This document shows positions 57,208 to 64,000 of a stretch of DNA of 64,000 bases, in pieces. The DNA comes from an uncultured Candidatus Saccharibacteria bacterium (GTDB taxonomy: Bacteria > Patescibacteriota > Minisyncoccia > Phycocordibacterales > CALRHW01), in assembly GCA_964407105.1 (NCBI GenBank), contig CAYOUG010000002.1, positions 76,003-140,002 of the forward strand. The letters run 5' to 3'. The stretch's first letter is position 1, and each line of letters starts with the position of its first letter. The notes under the pieces are model-generated. The model worked only from the letters and a program-made list of their open reading frames with translations. It was not told the origin of the DNA and ran no database searches. Position numbers and translations under genes: made by a program.

Positions 57208-59040
57208 TTATATCTCAAGCACCGCTTTTATTCTACGTACTCCAGCTGACACCGCTTCTTCTTTTAAAATTTTAAATTTTCCAATTTCTTCTGTGTTTTT
57301 AACATGGGGACCACCACAAAATTCTTTTGAGTATGCGTTTTCAAGAGTGTCGCCAATAAAATATATACTTACCTCATCACCGTATTTTTCTCCAAATAAA
57401 TGTCGTGCACCAGTTTTTTCAGCTTCACTTTTTGGAAGTATTATTTGTTGTACGGGAAGTTTTTCTGCAATTTTTTCATTCACAATATTTTCTACTTGAT
57501 GTTTTTCTTCTTCAGTCATTTTTTGTGAATGAGTAAAATCAAAACGAAGTCTTTCAGAAGTAATGTTTGATCCTTTTTGCTCTACGTGTGAGCCGAGCAC
57601 ATCATGAAGAGCTTGGTGAAGAAGGTGTGTTGCTGTGTGGTATTTTATAATCACGGGATCATTTGTATCAGCAAGACCGCCTTTAAATTTTTGTTCAGCT
57701 CCAACACGAGAAAGTGTTTGGTGTTCCTCTAGCATGCGATTAAAAGCAGACATATCGACATCTTTTCCGTTTGCTTTTGCAACCTCTACAATTAATTCAA
57801 TCGGCATGCCGTGTGAAGCATATAAATTAAAAACGGTTGTGGGTGGTAGTGTTTTTGAAATAACGGTTCCATTGATTTGCAAAGTTGCAATTTCTTCTTC
57901 GATATATTTTAGTCCATCCGTAAGAGTTTTTTTAAATTTTTCAATTTCTTCATTAATAATTTTTTTTATGAATTCTTTTTTTGTGCCGATCTCTGGATAA
58001 GAATTTTTATATGTAGAAACAATGGAAGATACAATTTTTGCAATATCTTCTAAAGAAATTTGTTTTTTCTCTGTATAAAACACCGACCGTCTCAAAAGTC
58101 GCCGTAAAATATATCCTCGGCCGGTGTTTGAGGGTATTACTCCATCTGTAATCAAAAAAACTGCCGTGCGCGTATGATCTGCAATAATTCGAGTAGAAAT
58201 CTCATCTTTTGCTATAGTACGAGTAATTTTTATGAGTTCGGTAAATAAATCTGTTTCAAAAATACTTTGTACGCCCTCAATTACCGCTGTTAGTCTTTCA
58301 AGTCCAGCGCCGGTGTCTACGTTTTTATTTGGAAGCTGGCCCACAATGATGCCGTCTTTTTTTAGATATTCCATAAACACGTTGTTCCAAATTTCAACAA
58401 CATGTTGATCGAGATCTGCTTGTATATATTTCTCTTGGGTCATACCACCAGTAAGTGTGCCAGTAAGATCATAAAACATTTCGGTATCTGGACCACAAGG
58501 GCCGTTGTCGCCAGCACTCCACCAGTTGGATTTTGCTGACATAAAATATATACGTTCACCAGAAATGCCATTTTTCTCAAAAATTTCTTTCCATATTTTA
58601 TAAGATTCTTCGTCACGGGGCGCATTTTCATCACCCTCAAATACGGTGATATAAAGTCGGTGCGGATCAAGTCCGAGCCCCTCTTTTTTTGATGTAAGAA
58701 ATTCATAACTCCAATTGATGGATTCTTTTTTCCAATAATCTCCAAGCGACCAGTTTCCAAGCATTTCAAAAAATGTAGCGTGAGTGTTGTCGCCGATAGA
58801 ATCAATGTCTACTGTGCGTACACATTTTTGTACGCTCGCAAGACGAGTTCCAGCTGGATGAGTTTCTCCTAAAAGATACGGCACAAGAGGTTGCATTCCA
58901 GCGGTATTGAAAAGAGTTGAGTCGGTTACGCTTTTTTGATCAGGAGTCACAAGAGATGCTGATGGTAAAATGGCGTGCTGTCGTTTCTCAAAAAAAGCTA
59001 TAAATCGCGAGCGAATGTCGTGGGATTGCATTGTTTGCAT
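57208..59040 (-). CDS. alaS: Alanine--tRNA ligase lacking C-Ala domain
   Basis: FNTAGMQP, FFEMLGN, HTATHLL, CGGPH, ends GVRRIKAVLEI. Confidence 0.97.
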   Translation of the reverse strand: MQTMQSHDIRSRFIAFFEKRQHAILPSASLVTPDQKSVTDSTLFNTAGMQPLVPYLLGETHPAGTRLASVQKCVRTVDIDSIGDNTHATFFEMLGNWSLGDYWKKESINWSYEFLTSKKEGLGLDPHRLYITVFEGDENAPRDEESYKIWKEIFEKNGISGERIYFMSAKSNWWSAGDNGPCGPDTEMFYDLTGTLTGGMTQEKYIQADLDQHVVEIWNNVFMEYLKKDGIIVGQLPNKNVDTGAGLERLTAVIEGVQSIFETDLFTELIKITRTIAKDEISTRIIADHTRTAVFLITDGVIPSNTGRGYILRRLLRRSVFYTEKKQISLEDIAKIVSSIVSTYKNSYPEIGTKKEFIKKIINEEIEKFKKTLTDGLKYIEEEIATLQINGTVISKTLPPTTVFNLYASHGMPIELIVEVAKANGKDVDMSAFNRMLEEHQTLSRVGAEQKFKGGLADTNDPVIIKYHTATHLLHQALHDVLGSHVEQKGSNITSERLRFDFTHSQKMTEEEKHQVENIVNEKIAEKLPVQQIILPKSEAEKTGARHLFGEKYGDEVSIYFIGDTLENAYSKEFCGGPHVKNTEEIGKFKILKEEAVSAGVRRIKAVLEI

Positions 59041-59050
59041 ATACAAGATA

Positions 59051-59662
59051 TTACACAAATTGTTTCAACACCGCAAAATCAGTTTTAAGCTCATCTTTTG
59101 TTTTTGCGTTATATACAGCCACCGCCGGATGATAAAGTGGAATAATTTCTACAGTACCGTATGAGGTTTGCGCGGTAAATTGTTTGCCGTGCATTTTTGA
59201 AATCAACCCAAGCTCGTTTTCTAAACCCATTTTTTTCATAATATACACCATAGAATATCTGCCAAGTGTGGCGATTACTTTTGGTTGGATAATATCTATT
59301 TGTCGATCTAAAAACGAACCATAAATTTCTATTTCTTTCGGTAAAGGATCTCTGTTGAACGGTGGGCGATCTTTTATGATATTTGTAATATAAACATTTT
59401 CTCGAGCAATTTTCGCTGATTCAAGAAGCTCATTTAAAATTTTTCCTGACGCACCCACAAACGGCCTGCCAGTAGCGGCTTCATTTTTTCCTGGAGCTTC
59501 GCCAATAAACATAATGTGTGAAAAATGACTTCCCTCGCCTATTACTGGAAATACTTTATTTTTTATACGATCTGCATAAAGTGGGGATGATTTTAGATTC
59601 ATGACCTCGTCACGAATTTTTTTAAGTTTATTTTTTCGATCTTCAATCTCAGTTTTTTTCAT
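59051..59662 (-). CDS. Uracil-DNA glycosylase family 4, cysteine-free
   Basis: GEAPG..E...GRPFVG, YITN..K.RPP.NR.P, YHPA. Confidence 0.9.
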   Translation of the reverse strand: MKKTEIEDRKNKLKKIRDEVMNLKSSPLYADRIKNKVFPVIGEGSHFSHIMFIGEAPGKNEAATGRPFVGASGKILNELLESAKIARENVYITNIIKDRPPFNRDPLPKEIEIYGSFLDRQIDIIQPKVIATLGRYSMVYIMKKMGLENELGLISKMHGKQFTAQTSYGTVEIIPLYHPAVAVYNAKTKDELKTDFAVLKQFV

Positions 59663-59679
59663 TGATTTTTAATCAAAAC

Positions 59680-60504
59680 CTAAAATAAAGTAGAGTCAGT
59701 ATTTTTTTTATCTGAATCTTTTGTAGATTTTTTTACAGAAGTTTTTTTTGTCGATTGTGTCTCGTTAATCACCGCGTCAGTATATGCACAATAATCACAA
59801 TGTGCACCAGCTTTTGGTATTCGATCATCAAGTAAACATTTTTTAAGAGTTTCTAATGTTTTTTCAATCCACGTATCTGAACCCTTGTATGGAATAATAC
59901 TTACTTCGAATTCGAGTTTACCATCAAATGATTGTCGATCTCGTTTACCGTTTGCGTAGACGAAATATCCGGTATCAGAAACAGTAAATCCTTTCTGACG
60001 CAACAACCACTGATACACCTCCATTTGTCGTTTGTATCCATCTTGCCATTCAGCATCTAAATTAACCTCACTTTCTTTACTTGTGGCTTTATAATCAACC
60101 ACAATGAGTTCATCTTTTTTATTTATCCAAACATCATCTACCGCTCCAGTTATAAGCAAATTGCTTGATTTGTGTATCGTTTGCACACCGACAAAATTTT
60201 CTCGCCACGTGTCCATTTCTTTGTGGGCAAAAGGAATTGCGTCTATTTTGTAAGTGTCCATTAAGGGATGTGGTGTTTTTTGGGCGCGATGTATATCAAA
60301 TTCTTTTTTAAGCAAATGATCAACAGCACTATTTAAATTAAATGGAAAACCCGGGGGACGACCCACACCAAGTCGTCTATCAAGATAAAAACATCGAGGA
60401 CATTCTACAAAAAGATCGATTTTTGATCTACTGATACGAAACGGCTCTGTACTTGATGGATTAAATAAACCTCGCGTTTTTTTTGCAAAATAATATTCGG
60501 ACAT
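59680..60504 (-). CDS. PD-(D/E)XK nuclease (RecB/Cas4-like family)
   Basis: CPRC, GAVDD, VVDYK, QMEVY, CDYC. Confidence 0.85.
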   Translation of the reverse strand: MSEYYFAKKTRGLFNPSSTEPFRISRSKIDLFVECPRCFYLDRRLGVGRPPGFPFNLNSAVDHLLKKEFDIHRAQKTPHPLMDTYKIDAIPFAHKEMDTWRENFVGVQTIHKSSNLLITGAVDDVWINKKDELIVVDYKATSKESEVNLDAEWQDGYKRQMEVYQWLLRQKGFTVSDTGYFVYANGKRDRQSFDGKLEFEVSIIPYKGSDTWIEKTLETLKKCLLDDRIPKAGAHCDYCAYTDAVINETQSTKKTSVKKSTKDSDKKNTDSTLF

Positions 60505-60514
60505 TTTTTATTTT

Positions 60515-61333
60515 TTAAAGTGTGCCAATTTCTTCAAACACATCTGCAATTTCTTTTTCCTGAAAACCAAGAGTAGAGAGTACTTCTTTGTGATCTTGAA
60601 GTTGTTTACAGAGAACAATATTTTGTTCTACAAGCATTTTTGTTTGTGTTGGGCTAATAGATTTTAGACAAGTTATAGGATGTAAGCCCGCATCTTCTAT
60701 AAGATCTTGCAAGTTTCCTTTACTTGGAAAATTCCACCCAACCATGTGTATGTGATTACACATACCATACTCTATTGCTGTGCTGGTAAACTTTGTATTT
60801 GTTACAAGCCATCCCTCGTCGAGTTTACGTAGTTTGCCGTATAAAAATTCAATATCACTTAAATCATCAAAACGTGCTTTTACATAAAGTGCCACCTTTA
60901 AATCAGAGCGAAGCCCTAGTTCATTGTGAAATTTCACCTCACTCATAATCAATTTTTTTTCATTGTATGCCACCACGTCCACTTCGTGTTCGACACATTT
61001 ACCTTGCACTATTTGTCCCGTTATAGCTGTATATCCTTTACTTTTAAAAATTTCAGCGACAAATTTTTCAAAAGGAAAACCGGTTGGACCGAGATCCATA
61101 ATTGCTCGTCTCAATGAATATCGACGCGCTACGGGTTTTTCAAATTTATGAAGAAGGAAAAAGGCATGTGAGTAAATAAGTGCAGTGCTCATTCCCTCTT
61201 CGAGCTCATCTTCTATGTGTTGAACAATTAAGTCAGTTGTCTTTGACGATGCCCCCGAACGTCTAAGTGAATGCTCAAGTTTACTCCTATCAAATTCTTC
61301 CTGTTGTCCACTCGCTTTAGTAATAATTGGCAT
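60515..61333 (-). CDS. ATP-cone domain plus Mrr-like restriction endonuclease
   Basis: ITKASG..EEFD.SKL; GFPFE, EVDV, EVK, LVTN.KFT. Confidence 0.85.
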   Translation of the reverse strand: MPIITKASGQQEEFDRSKLEHSLRRSGASSKTTDLIVQHIEDELEEGMSTALIYSHAFFLLHKFEKPVARRYSLRRAIMDLGPTGFPFEKFVAEIFKSKGYTAITGQIVQGKCVEHEVDVVAYNEKKLIMSEVKFHNELGLRSDLKVALYVKARFDDLSDIEFLYGKLRKLDEGWLVTNTKFTSTAIEYGMCNHIHMVGWNFPSKGNLQDLIEDAGLHPITCLKSISPTQTKMLVEQNIVLCKQLQDHKEVLSTLGFQEKEIADVFEEIGTL

Positions 61334-61342
61334 GTGTGACGG

Positions 61343-62359
61343 TTATTTATCTAAGTATAATGCGCGATTAATCTTATGTTTTTCAAAATCAATCGCATAA
61401 TACATTGTACCGCTTTTGCTTGAAAGAAAATATAGATAATCTGTTTCTGTGGGGGTTACGGCGGCTTCTATAGAATCAAGTCCGGGGTTTGATATTGGTG
61501 TTGGTGGTAATCCTGAATATTTATAAGTGTTATACGGTGAATCTACCTCTAAATCATCGAGTGTGAGTTCAAATGTATTTTTTCCGTTAACATATTGAAA
61601 TGTTACGTCTACCTGTAACGGCATACCTATCAAAATACGTTTCCAAAGAATGCCGGAAATAATGCGACGTGTTTCTGTGGTGCGCGCCTCTTCCTCAATA
61701 ATAGAAGCGATTGTAAGAATATCTTTTAGTGGTTTTTTAAAATTGATTATTTTTTCACTAAGAGACTTTGTTTTTTGTTCAAAGTTTTTTTCCATCATTG
61801 TAAGTACATCTTTTGAAGTAGCATATGGAAAAACAAAATATGTATCTGGAAACATATAACCTTCTTTTGCTGATTTTAGAAAATCTTCTCTTTTAAAATT
61901 TGGCAGTTTTGCTGAAAAAATATCTGAGATTTCAAAAACATTTGATCCTTCTGGAATGGTTATTTTTAAAGGAATGATTTGGCCATCACCCGCCGTAAGA
62001 CGACGCATAACTCGATAAACACTCTCTGGTTTTGTAAAAATATATTCCCCCGCTTGTATACCTTTTTCTTGACCAAACAAGAGAATGAGCATTTTAAATA
62101 TATCGGGCGAGTTGATAATATGATTTTTATACAAAGAATCTGCAACATAAGACATCGTGGCACCTTCGGGCACAGTATATTGCACTTGGTAAGGAGTGTT
62201 TTTTGGTGTTTGTATAAATATCGTATAAGAAATTGCTGAAATAATTACGATTACTCCAAATATTGAAGCTGAAGTTTTTAGATGGTTTTTTACAAACAAA
62301 AAGAGTTGGTCTTGCAACCCCCTTTGTTTTTTTTCTGGTTTTAGTGTGGTATCAGACAT
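61343..62359 (-). CDS. mltG: Endolytic transglycosylase MltG
   Basis: EGYMFPDTY, IASIIEEE, SPYNTY..GLPPTPISNPG. Confidence 0.95.
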   Translation of the reverse strand: MSDTTLKPEKKQRGLQDQLFLFVKNHLKTSASIFGVIVIISAISYTIFIQTPKNTPYQVQYTVPEGATMSYVADSLYKNHIINSPDIFKMLILLFGQEKGIQAGEYIFTKPESVYRVMRRLTAGDGQIIPLKITIPEGSNVFEISDIFSAKLPNFKREDFLKSAKEGYMFPDTYFVFPYATSKDVLTMMEKNFEQKTKSLSEKIINFKKPLKDILTIASIIEEEARTTETRRIISGILWKRILIGMPLQVDVTFQYVNGKNTFELTLDDLEVDSPYNTYKYSGLPPTPISNPGLDSIEAAVTPTETDYLYFLSSKSGTMYYAIDFEKHKINRALYLDK

Positions 62360-62383
62360 AAATAGATTTTCGGTATAAAAATA

Positions 62384-63607
62384 TTAAATAGGAAGATTTG
62401 GTGGTGGTTCTGCCTTTTTTGACATACTTTTTTGTATGGTTGGTGTTGTCGCAACGCTTCCTGGAAAATGAAAAATCGTTGCAAGCTCTTCCGTATTTAA
62501 AATGAATGGTTTTTGTTTGAAGTGTTTATATGGTGGTTGAAAAAAAGATCGACGTTTATAAGCATCAAGCATTTTTTTCTCTATTGCATTTCGACGATAA
62601 CGCCGAAAATCTTGCCATGGATAATTGAAATCTGTAAACTTACCAAGTTTAAAACCATTTAGATTTTGTGAACCATATTGTCTAACACTACCAATAAGAC
62701 CAACAATATTTACTGGATTAAAGGCTTCGGGTGTAGAAATATAAAACCCTCGCATTGCAACCTCAAAAGGAAGTTTCGTAAGTTCACGTTCAAGAGCGGT
62801 GATAAGATCTTGTTCGCCTTTTGTGGGTATACGATATGATGATTTACTTTCTGATTCCCCACCATCTGTTTTTAATTTATCTATAAGCTCTTTTATTTTC
62901 TTTTTTCCAGGATCTTCCCAGTTTGGTTTTTTAAATAAACGACCGTCTGTAAGATCTTCTTTTTTGTGAGCCTGAATTAATATTTGAATCCAAGCCTGTT
63001 CTCCTTTTTTTATCGAACCCAAATATTCTAATACTGAGGTTATTGGATCAATTTTAAATTCTTCTTTAGGGTCTTTATCAAGGCCATAGTCTACGTATGT
63101 TTTTATAGGATATACATCATCCTTAGATAGTTTAAAATATGTTGCCCAAAAAGGAGGTGCTCCTCCTGGCTTTAGTTTTCCTGAATGATAAACATTTTTT
63201 GTGTAATCTTCTGCCTCATGTATTTCAACTCCAGGATATTGTGCGTAAATTTGTGTTTCAACAAGTTTGCGAAGTTTTGGTCTTGTCCACACATAAAAAT
63301 GTACGTTGCCATCTATAGATACAAGTTCGAAAGAAAACCATGGTCGTGATTTTCCAGAAATATACATATCAACATAATTATTGTTACCACTTAAATAAAG
63401 TGACGTGAAAACAAGCTCCATAGCAAGAGGAGACTTTAAAATTTCTCTGGGAAGTTTAATTTCTAGAAGTACAGAACCTTCTTTTTCAATAAAACGCATA
63501 CGAACATATCGCATCCATATATCAAGAGCGATTGATGCAAGAAGGATCGGCATCCACAGTGGAAGCAATTTATATATAATTCCCAAAACTTCAAAAAGCA
63601 AATCCAT
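62384..63607 (-). CDS. Conserved hypothetical membrane protein
   Basis: N-terminal TM, LLEIKLP, FSFELVS, QYP, LNTEELATIFHFP, PPPNLP. Confidence 0.75.
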   Translation of the reverse strand: MDLLFEVLGIIYKLLPLWMPILLASIALDIWMRYVRMRFIEKEGSVLLEIKLPREILKSPLAMELVFTSLYLSGNNNYVDMYISGKSRPWFSFELVSIDGNVHFYVWTRPKLRKLVETQIYAQYPGVEIHEAEDYTKNVYHSGKLKPGGAPPFWATYFKLSKDDVYPIKTYVDYGLDKDPKEEFKIDPITSVLEYLGSIKKGEQAWIQILIQAHKKEDLTDGRLFKKPNWEDPGKKKIKELIDKLKTDGGESESKSSYRIPTKGEQDLITALERELTKLPFEVAMRGFYISTPEAFNPVNIVGLIGSVRQYGSQNLNGFKLGKFTDFNYPWQDFRRYRRNAIEKKMLDAYKRRSFFQPPYKHFKQKPFILNTEELATIFHFPGSVATTPTIQKSMSKKAEPPPNLPI

Positions 63608-63624
63608 GTGTTTTATTTTACCAT

Positions 63625-63658
63625 AAACAAAAAACCCCATCTACGGGGTTTTTTGTTT
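63625..63658 (-). terminator. Intrinsic terminator
   Basis: AAACAAAAAACCCC atctac GGGGTTTTTTGTTT. Confidence 0.85.
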
Positions 63659-63660
63659 GT

Positions 63661-64000
63661 TTATGCAACCGTGTATTTGTTGTCTTTACTTTTCTTGAAA
63701 AATTTAGGATTTTGGAGATTTACAAGAATAGTGTTTTCTTTTACATATCGCTCTTTCAGAACCCTTTGGATGATTTCTTCTTTTGTTAAAGGTCCTTCTT
63801 TTTCTATAATTTTTCGAATAACATCTTTTACAACACCACTTATATAACCCCACTCAGCTAGAGCATACAGACCACGGCCCACAAGTACAAAACGTGGATC
63901 TTTTATGAGTTCATTGTGTGTCGTTGCAACGTGCGCTTTCTTTTTAAAGATTTTTTCAATTGAGCTCGCAACTTCGCGGAAATGAATTGGAGATCCGTGT
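63661..64000 (-). CDS. HARE-HTH (RNAP delta-like) domain protein, C-terminal part
   Basis: PIHFREVA..HNELIKDPRFVLVGRGLYAL.EWG; frame open to window edge. Confidence 0.75.
   Translation of the reverse strand, partial: HGSPIHFREVASSIEKIFKKKAHVATTHNELIKDPRFVLVGRGLYALAEWGYISGVVKDVIRKIIEKEGPLTKEEIIQRVLKERYVKENTILVNLQNPKFFKKSKDNKYTVA

Noticed and set aside
59680-60504. Cas4/CRISPR locus
   Set aside because: No other cas genes or repeat-spacer array seen; generic PD-(D/E)XK nuclease.
427-63847. Many short antisense or alternate-frame ORFs in the ORF track
   Set aside because: They overlap well-supported genes and carry no motifs; treated as shadow ORFs.

Overview
AT-rich, gene-dense chromosomal segment, most consistent with a Patescibacteria/CPR (Parcubacteria-like) bacterium. 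This is inferred from the short AspRS, AlaRS and L13, the CPR-type pilin cluster, and the presence of rplI. It holds a type IV pilus/T2SS-like cluster, NDH-2, recR-dnaB-cysS, a MacAB-like ABC exporter with MarR, two glycoside hydrolases, cell-wall genes, scpAB, five aminoacyl-tRNA synthetases, grpE-dnaK-dnaJ and the infA-rpsI ribosomal operon. I saw no tRNA, rRNA, CRISPR array, transposase or integrase. The most unusual signal is non-coding: at least 8 dispersed, self-contained orphan-gene cassettes (-35/-10 promoter, often a hairpin leader, Shine-Dalgarno, ORFan, terminator), plus one ORF-less unit. They sit among host genes that look largely leaderless and SD-less. One cassette is bracketed by two dif-like 11-6-11 sites near a switch in gene orientation. 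Other signals are a sharp strand-skew flip at an intragenic inverted repeat, several structured intergenic RNA candidates and a cysteine-free family-4 UDG. All calls are by eye from motifs; no searches or folding programs were run.
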